The notes under the pieces were generated by a model that saw nothing but the letters and a program-made list of their open reading frames with translations, was not told the DNA's origin and did no database searches. Below, one piece after another: positions 10,057-23,383 of a DNA stretch of 64,000 nucleotides. Positions within the stretch are counted from its first letter, which is position 1. Every line of letters begins with the position of its first letter. The stretch covers positions 32,001-96,000 of the forward strand of contig CAWIIQ010000001.1 of the NCBI GenBank assembly GCA_963836185.1, read 5' to 3'. Position numbers and translations under genes: made by a program. Source of the stretch: Candidatus Krumholzibacteriia bacterium (GTDB lineage: Bacteria > Krumholzibacteriota > Krumholzibacteriia > Krumholzibacteriales > Krumholzibacteriaceae).

Positions 10057-11304
10057 ATGGAAATAGCAGAACTGAAAAAGAGAAAGATCGACGAGCTGAT
10101 GGCGATGGCCGTCGAGCTGAAGATCAGCGAGGCGAGCAGCCTGAGGAAGCAGGAGCTGATATTCAGGATCCTCGAGGAGCAGGCCAAGCAGAACGGCTTC
10201 ATATTCAACGAGGGAGTCCTCCAGGTCCTGCCGGAAGGTTACGGATTCCTCAGGTCGCCCGATTACAATTATCTTCCCGGGCCGGATGACATCTATGTCT
10301 CGCCGTCCCAGATCAAGAAGTTCTCTCTCCGCACGGGAGATACCGTGTCGGGGCAGGTGAGGTCGCCAAAGGATTCGGAGAGGTATTTCGCCCTTCTGAA
10401 GGTCGAGGCGGTCAACGGGGAGCATCCGGAGGAAGCGAAGAAGAAGACTCTCTTCGACAACCTCACGCCCCTTTATCCAGAGGATATGATCAACCTCGAG
10501 CACGAGCCGGGGGATATGTCGACGAGGCTGATGAACCTGCTCACGCCGATAGGCAAGGGGCAGAGGGCCCTGATCGTAGCCCCGCCGAGGACAGGAAAGA
10601 CGATCCTTCTCCAGAAGATAGCCAACTCGATAACGGCGAATCACCCCGAAATAGTACTTATCGTCCTTCTGATAGACGAGCGCCCCGAAGAGGTCACGGA
10701 CATGCAGCGTTCGGTGCATGGCGAGGTCATCAGCTCGACTTTCGACGAGCCGGCCGACAGGCACGTGCATGTCGCCGATATGGTCATCCAGAAGGCGAAG
10801 CGGCTTGTGGAGCACGGCAAGGACGTCGTGATCCTGCTCGACTCGATCACGAGGCTTGCCAGGGCGCACAATGCCGTCGTCCCCCATTCGGGCAAGATCC
10901 TCTCGGGAGGCGTCGACTCCAACGCGCTCCAGAGGCCGAAGAGGTTCTTCGGCGCGGCCCGTAACACGGAGGAGCAGGGAAGCCTGACGATCATCGCCAC
11001 GGCTCTTATCGAGACGGGAAGCCGGATGGACGAGGTCATCTTCGAGGAGTTCAAGGGAACGGGTAACCTCGAGATAGTCCTCGACCGCAGGCTCGCCGAC
11101 AAGAGGGTATGGCCGGCGATCGACATCTTCCGCTCGGGAACGAGGAAGGAAGAGCTTCTTCTCGACGAGAAGGTGCTGAGCAAGGTCTATATCCTCCGCA
11201 AGTTCCTCAGCGACAAGTCCTGCGTCGAGGCGATGGAGTTCCTTCTCGACAAGGTTTCGAGGACGAAAACGAACAATAAATTCCTCCAGTCGATGAACGC
11301 TTAA
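10057..11304 (+). CDS. rho: Transcription termination factor Rho
   Basis: [44 protein letters not shown]. Confidence 0.98.
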   Translation: MEIAELKKRKIDELMAMAVELKISEASSLRKQELIFRILEEQAKQNGFIFNEGVLQVLPEGYGFLRSPDYNYLPGPDDIYVSPSQIKKFSLRTGDTVSGQVRSPKDSERYFALLKVEAVNGEHPEEAKKKTLFDNLTPLYPEDMINLEHEPGDMSTRLMNLLTPIGKGQRALIVAPPRTGKTILLQKIANSITANHPEIVLIVLLIDERPEEVTDMQRSVHGEVISSTFDEPADRHVHVADMVIQKAKRLVEHGKDVVILLDSITRLARAHNAVVPHSGKILSGGVDSNALQRPKRFFGAARNTEEQGSLTIIATALIETGSRMDEVIFEEFKGTGNLEIVLDRRLADKRVWPAIDIFRSGTRKEELLLDEKVLSKVYILRKFLSDKSCVEAMEFLLDKVSRTKTNNKFLQSMNA

Positions 11305-11327
11305 CGGCCGCTGGAAGAAAATTATGT

Positions 11328-11356
11328 TTGATATCGCCGGGGCGTGTTATTAAATT
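11328..11356 (+). promoter_or_regulatory. Possible promoter for the rpmE operon
   Basis: TTGATA-17 nt-TAAATT in an AT-rich gap. Confidence 0.45.
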
Positions 11357-11421
11357 GTCTATTCCCCGGCAGTTGCCGATTTAATGGAAGTGATAACAGG
11401 GATAATACCGGAGAAAATGAG

Positions 11422-11652
11422 ATGAAGAAGGAAATCCATCCCGAGTACAAGCCGACGACGATCACCTGCCTCTGTGGCAACGTGATAGAAACACGTTCCA
11501 CCGCGGAAGAGATCCACGTCGAGATCTGCTCGCAGTGCCACCCGTTTTTCACCGGAAAGCAGAAGCTGATCGATACGGCGGGACGCGTCGAGAGATTCCA
11601 GCGCAAGTACGGCGATTACAGGAAGAAAGCCGGCGAGCAGGGCAAGAAGTAG
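11422..11652 (+). CDS. rpmE: 50S ribosomal protein bL31 (Zn-binding type)
   Basis: MKKEIHPEY...CLCG...[13 protein letters not shown]...GRVERF. Confidence 0.96.
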   Translation: MKKEIHPEYKPTTITCLCGNVIETRSTAEEIHVEICSQCHPFFTGKQKLIDTAGRVERFQRKYGDYRKKAGEQGKK

Positions 11653-11701
11653 CTCCAGCCTCACTGGTCTTCAATCAGGACAGAGGGAAGTATGCCCGAC
11701 T

Positions 11702-12610
11702 GTGGGGGAAAAACGTCCCCAGGTCGGCGGCCAGGCCGTTATCGAGGGCGTGATGATGCGTTCGCCCTCCGGCATAGCCACGGCTGTCCGGACACAGAGC
11801 GGCAGGATCGTGGTCAGGACCGAGCCTTTTGTCAGCCTCACTAAAAAATCGAAGTTCTTCGGCCTTCCCGTGATACGCGGAGCGGTGGCCCTTATCGAGA
11901 CGTTCATCGTGGCGCTCAAGGCGCTTGCCTTCTCGGCCGACGAATCGATCAGCGAGGATGACGATGAAGAGAGAAAGAGAGCGACGGGAGTATCGTGGCA
12001 GATGGGCCTGGCCATGGCCGGGGCGGTCCTGCTCGGAATGGCGCTCTTCTTCTATGTCCCTCTTCTGCTGACGGAGCTTCTCGGGATCGAGAACGGCATC
12101 CTGTTCAACCTCGTCGACGGGCTCTTCAGGCTGATCATCATATTCCTCTATATCTACGCGATCACCCGGTGGAAGGACATGCAGAGGGTCTTCGAGTATC
12201 ACGGCGCCGAGCACAAGGCGATCTTCACATTCGAGGAGGGCGTCGAGGTGACGCCGGAGAACGCGATGAGACATCCGCGTCTCCATCCGAGGTGCAGCAC
12301 GTCCTTTCTTCTCATCGTGGTCCTTGTCAGTGTGATCGTCTTCACCTTTACCGGCAGGCCGGACAACATCGGCCAGAGGTTCTTCCGGCTCGCGATGATC
12401 CCCCTGATCGGCGGCCTGTCGTACGAGGTGCTCAAGGCATCCTCGAGGCCGAAGTTCCGAAAGTTCTTCGGGTTCGTCTACTGGCCGGGGATCATGATGC
12501 AGAAGCTCACTACCAGGGAGCCGTCCATCGACCAGATCGAAGTGGCCATAGCCGCCCTGAACGCCAGCCTGGCGGACAATTTACTGGAATCCAGACAGTT
12601 TATAGATTAG
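11702..12610 (+). CDS. DUF1385 (YqhQ-like) membrane protein
   Basis: [40 protein letters not shown]; usual position between rpmE and prfA. Confidence 0.88.
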   Translation: MGEKRPQVGGQAVIEGVMMRSPSGIATAVRTQSGRIVVRTEPFVSLTKKSKFFGLPVIRGAVALIETFIVALKALAFSADESISEDDDEERKRATGVSWQMGLAMAGAVLLGMALFFYVPLLLTELLGIENGILFNLVDGLFRLIIIFLYIYAITRWKDMQRVFEYHGAEHKAIFTFEEGVEVTPENAMRHPRLHPRCSTSFLLIVVLVSVIVFTFTGRPDNIGQRFFRLAMIPLIGGLSYEVLKASSRPKFRKFFGFVYWPGIMMQKLTTREPSIDQIEVAIAALNASLADNLLESRQFID

Positions 12611-12683
12611 TGTTTTTTGCGGGATCAGCGGCCGGAAGCGGAATCTTCCGCGCGTGCCGTACCCTTTCCGCCGGAGGACCGGA

Positions 12684-13782
12684 ATGAGCAGTAACGACAG
12701 ATATGACAATGTCCTTTCCCGCTACGACCAGCTCGGCGAAGAGCTGGGCAAGCCGGAAAACATCAGGGACCAGAGAAAGTACAGGGAGCTTGCCCGCGAA
12801 CGGAGCGACCTCGGCGCCGCCGTGACTGCGATAAAGGAATATCTCGAGCTGGCGGCGACGGCCGCTGACGACGACGAGGCGGTCTCCGCCTCGGATGACG
12901 AGGAGCTCGTCGAGATGGCGAAAGCGGAGCTCGAGGAGATAAGGCCGCGGATGGCCGAGCTCGAGGAGAAGATAAAGCTGCTCCTCATCCCGAGCGACCC
13001 GGACGATTCGCGGAACACGGTCTTTGAGATAAGGGCCGGAACGGGCGGGGACGAGGCGGCCCTCTTCGCCGCCGACCTGGCGAGGATGTACAGGCTCTAC
13101 GCCGAGGGGCAGAAGTGGAAGATCGAGATACTCAGCAGCAACGTGACCGAGAAGGGCGGCTTCAAGGAGATCATCTTCCTTATCACCGGAGAGAACGCGT
13201 TCGGGAACCTCAAGTTCGAGAGCGGCGTGCACAGGGTCCAGAGGGTCCCGGTCACCGAGTCGGGCGGGAGGATACATACCTCGGCGGTCTCCGTCGCGGT
13301 GCTTCCCGAGGCCGAAGAGGTCGATATCGACATCGAGGCGAATGACCTCAAGATAGATGTCTACAGGTCGAGCGGGCCGGGCGGACAGAGCGTCAACACG
13401 ACGGACTCCGCCGTCCGCATCACGCATATCCCGACCGGGCTCGTCGTCACCTGCCAGGACGAGAAATCCCAGCACAAGAACAAGGCCAAGGCGCTCAAGG
13501 TGCTCAGATCGCGTCTTCTCGAGAAGGCGCGCAGCGAGCAGGAGGCCGAGGTCGCCGCCCAGAGGCGGAGCATGGTCGGCTCGGGCGACCGCAGCGCCAA
13601 GATCAGGACGTACAACTTCCCGCAGGGAAGGGTCACCGATCACAGGATAGGGCTGACGGTGCACAATCTCGGAGGTATCCTCGACGGTGACCTCGACGCA
13701 GGTCATCGAGGAACTTGCCGTGGCTCACCGCGAGGAGCTTCTCGCGATGGAAATGGAAAAGGGAAACGCAGCGGAGGGTTGA
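12684..13782 (+). CDS. prfA: Peptide chain release factor 1 (apparent frameshift ~13700 near the C-terminus)
   Basis: [24 protein letters not shown] (PxT), [26 protein letters not shown]; C-terminal helix continues in another frame to TGA 13780-13782. Confidence 0.95.
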
Positions 13783-13786
13783 CGGA

Positions 13787-15912
<2,126 letters not shown>

Positions 15913-17839
15913 TTGAAACACGTGATAATAGGAACCGCCGGGCATGTCGACCACGGCAAGACCGAGCTGGTCAAAGCGCTCACGGGGCATGATACCGACC
16001 GTCTCTCCGAGGAGAAGAAGCGGGGGATATCGATCGTCCTGGGATTCGCTCCGATAGATCTCGGCTCCGGATGTCGAGGCCGGCGTCGTCGATGTGCCGG
16101 GCCACGAGCGGTTCGTAAAGAACATGGTCTCCGGAGCTGTCGGTGTCGACGTCGCGCTGATCGTAGTCGCTGCCGACGAGGGCGTGATGCCCCAGACAGA
16201 GGAACACTTCGAGGTGCTCCGGCTGCTCGGCGTCCGCAGCGGCGTGATCGCCATCACAAAGATGGACCTCGCCGACGATGAGATCGCCGGCGTGGTCGAA
16301 AGCGAGGTCGCCGACCTTCTCGAGGGGACGCAGCTCGAGGGCAGCCCGTTCGTGAGGACATCGATAGTCATCGGCGAGGGGATAGAGGAGACTAAGGGCG
16401 GCGCTCCTGGCGCGTGCCTCGGAAGAGGTGGCAGGGAGGATCGCCCGGCGGATTCTTCAGGATGCCTGTCGACAGGGTCTTCACGAGAAGCGGCATAGGG
16501 ACGATCGTGACCGGGACGACATGGAGCGGGCACGTTAAGAGCGGGGGACGAGACTGGCGCTTGAGCCGCAGGGGCGTAAAGTCAGGGTGAGAGAGGTCCA
16601 GTCGTTCGAGCATGATATCGGCGAGTCGGTCTCGGGGATGCGCACGGCGCTGGCCCTTCACGGCGTCAAGGTCGAGGATGTATCTACGGAAACCAGCTCG
16701 ATCGAACAGGGCGTGCTTCCCGTCTCTTCGATGATCGATGTCCGTATCGAGATGAGCACCCTGCCCGGCTCGAAACTCAAGAACAGGCAGAGGGTGAGAT
16801 TCCATCATGCCGCAGCCGAGCTTCTGGCGCGCGTGGTCCTTCTTGACAGCCGAGCAGCTCGGGCCGGGCGACAGCGGGATGATCCAGCTGCGTCTCGAGA
16901 AGCCGGCCGCCGCTATGGGAGGCGACCGGTTCGTGCTGCGGACATATTCGCCGATGAGGATACTTGCCGGGGGACGGATCCTCGATCCAGCGGCGCCGAA
17001 GGAGAAACGTTTCCAGGAAGACAGGCTGGCGCTCCTTGCCGAGCTCGATTCGGGAGAGGCGGAGCGTATGGTCGAAGCCCTCGCGGCTGCCGCGGGACCG
17101 GCGGGACTCGTGCCGGGCAGGCTCTCGATGTACGGGATCGGGCCATGAGGCGGCGATTAAAACGGCGCGGGCCCTCGAGGCGGCGGGAACCCTCGGCTCG
17201 GACGGCGACCGGTTTTATCACCACGATACGGTGGAGCGATGCGAAGAAAAGATATTCGCCGCCCTGGACGAATGTTACCGGCGGGAACGAGCTGGTATGG
17301 GGCGTCGACCGCGAGGAGCTCCGCGCGCTTGCCGGACTTACGGGCAGCCCCCTCTTCGACCATCTGCTCGAGAAGGGCAGGTCCGGCGGGAAGCTCTTCT
17401 TCAAGGGGGGCAAGGTCAGGGCCGGCTCGGACGAGCTCGAGCTTACCGGAGAGATGAAGGCCTCGTCGAGAAGCTCGGAGGCCTTCTTCGCTGAAGCGGG
17501 ATGGAAGTTTCCGATGAAGGGCGACCTCCTCAAGGCAGCGGCGGGCGACGAGAAAAAGATGAACAGCTGTCATCCATATATTGCAGGATGGCGGGAAGAT
17601 AGTGCGCGTCGGGGGAGAGGGCTGGATATCGGCTGCAGCTCTGTCCGGGATCACATCAAAGGTGGCCGGAGATCATCGGAGAGAAAGGCTCGATGACGAT
17701 CGGGGATTTCAAGGACGCGTTCGGGCTGTCGAGGAAATATGCCGTCCCGCTGCTCGAATATCTCGACATGAATAACTTTACGAGGCGCGAAGGAGATGCA
17801 AGGGTAGCGGGCCCCGCGCTGGAGGGAGAAACAGGATGA
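15913..17839 (+). CDS. selB: Selenocysteine-specific elongation factor SelB (multiple apparent frameshifts)
   Basis: [55 protein letters not shown]-terminal winged-helix [13 protein letters not shown]. Confidence 0.9.
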
Positions 17840-18906
17840 GAGGGCAGGCGGAGAGAAGGAAGACGAAACAGGTCTTCTACGGTGGTGTGGCTGTAGGCGG
17901 GGATGCTCCCGTCAGCATCCAGTCGATGTGCACCTGTCCTGCTTCCCTCACGGAGGAGGCCATCCTCGAGACCGGGGCGCTGGCCCGTGCCGGCTGCCAG
18001 ATAGTCCGTGTCGCGATCCGTGACGAGGGCGACCTCGCGGCGCTCCCGGCGATCATCGCTGAGAGCAGCATGCCGGTAATAGCCGACATCCATTTCCATC
18101 ACATCCTTGCCGTCGGCGCGGCGAAAGCGGGCGCTGCCGGACTGCGGATCAACCCCGGCAACATCGGGAGCGAGGAGAAGGTGCGGGCGGTGATAGAAGC
18201 GGCGGGTGAAGCGGGGATACCGGTCCGAGTAGGAGTCAACGCGGGAAGCCTCGAGAAGAGGCTGAAGGATCTCGCGCACAGCGAGCCGGCGAGGGCCCTG
18301 AGCGAGAGCGCCTCCCGGTACATGGAGATGATCTCGGGATGGGGATTCAAGGAGATGATATTCAGCCTCAAGTCCTCCGATCCGGATGTCACGGTCGAGG
18401 CGAACGCCCTCTTTGCCACGGGCAATGACTACCCGATCCACGCGGGCGTTACCGAGGCGGGCCCGCCGCTCAGCGGCGCCGCAAGATCGGTAGTCGCGCT
18501 GACGAAGCTCCTGTCCATGGGGATCGGGGATACGATCCGCGTATCGCTCTCAGGCGATCCGGTCAACGAGGTGATCGTGGCTGCCGCCCTGCTCACATCG
18601 CTCGGATTGCGGGACGATTTTCCGAGGATCATATCGTGCCCGACCTGCGGCAGGTGCCATCTCGAGGTCGGATCGATCGCCGCCAGGCTCGAGAGAGAGA
18701 TCAGCGGGTGCGGAGCGGATATCAGCGTTGCGGTGATGGGATGCGAGGTGAACGGTCCCGGGGAGGCCCGTGAGGCCGATATCGGGATCGCCGGCTCGAA
18801 GAAGGGCGCGGTCCTCTTCCGCAGGGGCGAGATCGTCCGTATGATCGACGGGGACCCCCTCGAGACCCTTCTCGCGGAGGTCAGGGCCCTCCTCGACGAG
18901 GCGTAA
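17836..18906 (+). CDS. ispG: 4-hydroxy-3-methylbut-2-en-1-yl diphosphate synthase IspG
   Basis: PVSIQSM, IADIHF, RINPGNIG, GIGDTIRVSL, SCPTCGR, VMGCEVNGPGEA. Confidence 0.96.
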   Translation: MRGQAERRKTKQVFYGGVAVGGDAPVSIQSMCTCPASLTEEAILETGALARAGCQIVRVAIRDEGDLAALPAIIAESSMPVIADIHFHHILAVGAAKAGAAGLRINPGNIGSEEKVRAVIEAAGEAGIPVRVGVNAGSLEKRLKDLAHSEPARALSESASRYMEMISGWGFKEMIFSLKSSDPDVTVEANALFATGNDYPIHAGVTEAGPPLSGAARSVVALTKLLSMGIGDTIRVSLSGDPVNEVIVAAALLTSLGLRDDFPRIISCPTCGRCHLEVGSIAARLEREISGCGADISVAVMGCEVNGPGEAREADIGIAGSKKGAVLFRRGEIVRMIDGDPLETLLAEVRALLDEA

Positions 18907-19069
18907 ACTATTTTTACAATACGTCCGTTTATCAGACAGAATCATCTGGAAAAATTATTGAAAGTATGGTATATTCGGTCCCGCACGAAGATATGACCTG
19001 TTCTGTGGAAATTTTCAACGGACAGGGAGTGAAGTGGCATCTACCCATGAGGTAGAGAGGAGGTCTTTG

Positions 19070-19438
19070 ATGAGGGGCAGCAGCAAGATCCTGATGGCGC
19101 TTATCGCCGTGATCATTCTCGCCGCACCTTTCGCCAAGGCGGAAGACGAATTATGTCTGCCCACAGATAAGACAGCAGGGTCGACTTACAAGGTGGTCAT
19201 CTTTGACAACGTGATCTACAGGATAGTTACTGACATACCCTGTGAAATGTTGTTTTACAAGGTCGATAATGATCACCATTCTCTGACCATCAAGCCCGCC
19301 GGCGATAAGGTGACGGTGACACCGTTCTGTGTGGTGTCTGTCCAGTGGGGATCTTTCCCTCCGTTGTCACTTGGCCTGGAAATCGGCGGAAGCAACAGTT
19401 GGCTCCTTGGAACGGAAACGGGCTACGCGGAGAAATAG
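19070..19438 (+). CDS. Small secreted hypothetical protein (~122 aa)
   Basis: SD GAGGAGG before the ATG; Sec signal ending AKA; beta-rich mature part; preceded by an AT-rich region with TGGTATATT. Confidence 0.65.
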   Translation: MRGSSKILMALIAVIILAAPFAKAEDELCLPTDKTAGSTYKVVIFDNVIYRIVTDIPCEMLFYKVDNDHHSLTIKPAGDKVTVTPFCVVSVQWGSFPPLSLGLEIGGSNSWLLGTETGYAEK

Positions 19439-19681
19439 CCGAGAAAGAAATTTAACGCGCCTTCAAGAAATTTTACCCGTCTTCGGGAGGCCCGGCATTG
19501 GAGAAGTGACATCTTTTTCAGGCGGGCCTCGATTTGTATTCGGGGCAGCCGTTTAGAGTGATGCCTCTTTCGCCCCATTTAGGCAGGTCTGGTACGGCTC
19601 TTGCCCTCTATATATTTCCCGTTGGTAACAGGAAGCGATGGCTGATGCGGTTGCGGACGAAGGATGTCCCGGCCGCGCAGA

Positions 19682-19713
19682 AAGAAGAGGAGCCCGAGAG
19701 GGCTCCTCTTCTT
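19682..19713. terminator. Bidirectional intrinsic terminator between convergent genes
   Basis: Perfect 14-bp inverted repeat AAGAAGAGGAGCCC-GAGA-GGGCTCCTCTTCTT, pyrimidine-rich tail on both strands. Confidence 0.75.
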
Positions 19714-19737
19714 ATCCATTCGAAGAGGATATTCGAA

Positions 19738-21412
19738 TCAATCCCCGATACTGCTTTCCGGAAGGCGCGGAGTGACAAAGAGGGTCTTCGACCTGATGCA
19801 GGTGGCCGTGCCCGGCTTCGCGCCGCGCGCGCGCCGGACATACTTCTTCTCGGCGCAGATCACCGGGACAGTTCCAGAGCCTCTCGCCTTGCTGAACCAG
19901 GCGGCGACTTCGGCGGCCTTTTCTATCACACTCGCCGGTGTCGAGCGGTTGGCGCCCCTCAGTACGACGTGCGAGCCGGGTGTTCCCTGGGCGTGGAACC
20001 AGAGGTCCGTCGGTTTCGCGTACCGGTGGGTGAGCTCGTCGTTCTCCCTGTCGCTCTTGCCGACCAGTATCGTGTGGGTGTCGTCCAATTTGAAAGACTT
20101 GAAGCGGGGCTTTCCATCTTCTTTGTCCTTAGCCTTAAGTGTGCCGTGAATGCCCTCCGGGATGATCATGGCTGCAAGTTCGGCTATATCCTCGATCGCG
20201 TCGGTCCTCGCGATGCTTTTTTCGAGGTCCGTTACGTCTTCCCTTATGCTCGCCCTGCGGGCCTTGATTATTTCGAGCCCCTTGTCGCCTTTCTTTGCCC
20301 TGCGGAAATAGGCCTGGATGTTCTTCTCGGGATCGAGGGCGGGATCGAGCGGTATGGTGATCTCGTCCTCGCCGTTGAAATCCATCGCCGTGATCTCATC
20401 CATCCCCGTCCTGAGCCTGTGCCGCCATGTGACGAGCATGTTCCCCATGTATCGCAGCTCTTCGGCGCGTCTCGCCGACTCGAGATCCTCCTCGACATTG
20501 GCGAGGAGGCGGCGCGTCTTCTTCAGAGCACGGCGATGATGCTTCGACGCCGCTTTTTTCAGCCAGACGGTATAGACGGGCAGGATCTTCTCTTCGCTTC
20601 TCATGTCGAAGACGGCCGTCATCTCATCCGGGCTGCCTGTCCTCGGGCCGAAAGGGATCGCGACCGGATATGCCGCACAGCTTCCGCGGTCACCCGCCTC
20701 GGGGAGATCGTAGATCTTCCATTCGAATGTGCCGGATGAGAGGCGCTCACCGATCTCCCTGACCGCTCCGGTCAGCCCCTCCGGATCCGATCCGAATTTC
20801 GCGGCGAGGGCCTTCGAGAGGACCGGGTCGATCCCTCCGATCGCCCTTACGAGAAGAGAGGAAATGTCCGGTTCCTGCTTCTCATCTTCCTGCCCATCCA
20901 CCATGGGGATATCGATATCCCACTTATCCGGCAGGGCGAGAAGGGTCCATCTCTTCGGCGGGGGAAGCTGGCCGGGCGAACCGGGCGGACGTGAACCCGA
21001 AGCGCCGAATGTCTCGAGGGCATGCCTTGTCCCCTCCCTGAAAAGGGCCGCCGCCCGGAATACCGGTGAGAGGTCTATCCTGAGGGTAAGGGCTCCGCTT
21101 TCGCCCCAGCTCTTTTTCTCGTCGAATCTCATGAGGATGACGCGGTCGAGGCCGAGAGGCTCGACAGACGCGACCTGCGTTCCGGCCAGGTCGCTCAGGA
21201 AAGGCTTCGAAACCTCTTCGGGCAGCAGCCTCTCCCCGGAGAGGATGATCTCCGATTCCCTTCCCGCGCTGACGAGGTGGAGAAAGCGGCGGCCCTTCGC
21301 CCGAGAAGACGATAGTCATCCCTCCGGCGAATCTCGAGGCCGACTCGACGGTCCTGCCCCTGAGCAGCACGTCGAGCTCGATGGCGAATGCGTATGCGGT
21401 CATTGAGTTCAC
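19738..21412 (-). CDS. rqcH: RqcH / Rqc2 / FbpA-family (NFACT) ribosome quality-control protein (apparent frameshift ~21290)
   Basis: N-terminal MNSMTAYAFAIEL, GLDRVI (DR motif), QAYFRRAKK, C-terminal NFACT-R motifs GKSDRENDELT and DLWFHAQGTPGSHVVL. Confidence 0.85.
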
Positions 21413-21418
21413 GGCGGA

Positions 21419-21447
21419 AGCATAAGTGTCGGGAGGGCTTAAGTCAA
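21419..21447 (-). promoter_or_regulatory. Sigma70 promoter for rqcH
   Basis: Minus strand TTGACT-17 nt-TATGCT, 6 nt before the GTG start. Confidence 0.6.
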
Positions 21448-21471
21448 ACTGAACCGCTTCCGTCGATTTTG

Positions 21472-21500
21472 TGGACAGGAAAGGCGGATGACTGTAATAT
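21472..21500 (+). promoter_or_regulatory. Sigma70 promoter for the yicC-gmk operon (divergent from rqcH)
   Basis: TGGACA-17 nt-TAATAT. Confidence 0.55.
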
Positions 21501-21539
21501 CACGGCCGAAGCGAAAATAATCTGGAAGGAGAATATCAG

Positions 21540-22416
21540 ATGGTGACGAGTATGACCGGGTACGGAAAGGGCTCCGCGCCGGTCGGCGGCGGGAAGATCG
21601 ATGTAGAGATACGAACGGTGAACCACAGGTTCATAGACTTCTCGATCAGGGTTCCCAGGCCTCTGAACGGTTACGAGAGGGAGATAGAGAAAGCGGTGAG
21701 GCGCAAGGTCAGGCGCGGCCATGTCTACGTCAATGTCATCTTCGACAAGCCGGCGGATTCGACGACGTCGGCGGTAAATAAAAAGCTCCTCAGGCAGACA
21801 TACAGGGAACTGACCTCCTTCGCGAAGAAGGAAGGGATCCCCGGCGAGCTCGAGATAGGCACTCTTCTGATGCTGCCCGACATGTTCAGGCCGGAGATAG
21901 ACACGATCCCGCCGGCCAGCCCTGAAGGCCGCTCTGAAGAAGTCCCTCGCCGAAGCGGTCGACAACCTGGCCGATATGAGGGACAGGGAAGGGAAAACCC
22001 TTCAGGCCGATATGGCAAAGAGGCTGAAGGATATATCGAAGGCGGCGGCGAAGATCGAGAAGAAGGCACCGAAGGCTCTCAAGCAGACTCTCGAGAGGGC
22101 GCACAAAAGGCTGGAGAATCTCCTGGGGAAGGCCGAGGTCAGCAGCGACAGGTGGGCGATCGAGGCTGCGGCTCTTGCCGACAGGACGGACTTCTCCGAG
22201 GAGCTGGTCAGGCTGAACAGCCATCTCGGTGAGTTCGCCGCGGTGCTCGGCAAAGGCGGAGAGATTTCGAAGAAACTGACCTTCCTCCTTCAGGAGATCC
22301 ACCGCGAAGCGACGACGATGGGCAACAAGTCTGCCGACCCGGTAGTCATCAGGGACTGCCTCGCGATCAAGGAAGAGGTCGAGAAGATCAGGGAACAGGT
22401 ACAGAACCTCGAGTGA
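21540..22416 (+). CDS. yicC: YicC/YloC family endoribonuclease (apparent frameshift ~21920)
   Basis: SMTGYG, EIRTVNHRF, DFSEELVRLNSHL, LLQEIHREATTMGNK, EKIREQVQNLE. Confidence 0.92.
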
Positions 22417-22429
22417 CGGGATATACGCC

Positions 22430-23017
22430 TTGGAGACTCTGATAGTAGTGATATCCGGCCCTTCGGGGGTCGGCAAGTCTACCGTTGCCGGGATGGTCCT
22501 CGAAAAGTCGCCCGGCATGGTCAGGTCGGTCTCGTTGACCACGAGAAAACCGAGGGGCGCTGACGTCGACGGCGAGGATTACCATTTCGTATCGGAGGCC
22601 GAGTTCGCCGCGAGGCGGGATGCCGGCGCTCTCCTCGAGTGGGCCGAGGTCCACGGCAATCTCTACGGGACCGAAGCGGCGCAGGTAGACCGGCAGCTCG
22701 CCGGGGGAAAGAGCGTCCTGCTCGAGATCGATGTCCAGGGAGGCAGGAGCGTGAAAACGGCCAGACCGGACGCCGTCCTCATATTTCTGCTCCCCCCGTC
22801 TGACGAGATCCTCGAGACCCGGCTCAGGGGCAGGGGCACGGACGATGAGGAGGTGATCCTCAAAAGGCTCGCGAACGCCCGCAGGGAGCTCCTGTCGGCA
22901 AAACACTACGATTACACAGTCGTCAACGACCATCTCGACGGATGCGTAAGCGAGGTGCTCGGAATCATCGGGGCCGAATCGGGGTCGATGCGGCCGAAAG
23001 GTCCTGAACTCACATAA
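22430..23017 (+). CDS. gmk: Guanylate kinase
   Basis: ISGPSGVGKST, TTRKPR, DGEDYHFVS, GNLYGT, EIDVQG. Confidence 0.96.
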   Translation: METLIVVISGPSGVGKSTVAGMVLEKSPGMVRSVSLTTRKPRGADVDGEDYHFVSEAEFAARRDAGALLEWAEVHGNLYGTEAAQVDRQLAGGKSVLLEIDVQGGRSVKTARPDAVLIFLLPPSDEILETRLRGRGTDDEEVILKRLANARRELLSAKHYDYTVVNDHLDGCVSEVLGIIGAESGSMRPKGPELT

Positions 23018-23173
23018 TGATATAGGTATTGCTAATTCCCGGGATTTGTATTAGTAATATATATTCCTGCAAAATCCGGCCGGAGAGGCGCGCCGGCAGC
23101 GCCCGGGGTGTCGTGTCTCTTCCGCGGAAAGCGGGATGAGGAGAACTGCCGTTTAAAACTGAGAGGTTAATAG

Positions 23174-23383
23174 ATGGAGACTGAATCAATGGAAAAGATC
23201 CTGGAAACGATTGACAACAGGTACGAAGCAATCAGGGTCATCGCCAAAGAGGCCCGCAGGATAAACACGATCATCCGGCTCTCCGGGGAAGAGTTCGACG
23301 AGAAACCCACTACTATCGCGATCAATCGTACGGTCGCCGGGAAAGTGAAATTCAAGTATGAGCAGCAGGAGGAGCAGGAGTAA
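23174..23383 (+). CDS. rpoZ: RNA polymerase omega subunit
   Basis: NRYEAIRVIAKEARRI and KPTTIA motifs; gmk-rpoZ-coaBC synteny. Confidence 0.82.
   Translation: METESMEKILETIDNRYEAIRVIAKEARRINTIIRLSGEEFDEKPTTIAINRTVAGKVKFKYEQQEEQE

Noticed and set aside
13690-13720. Programmed frameshift in a release factor gene
   Set aside because: The gene is RF1 (PVT motif). The known programmed shift is near the 5' end of prfB at CTT-TGA; this one is near the 3' end with no such signal, so it is likely an indel error.
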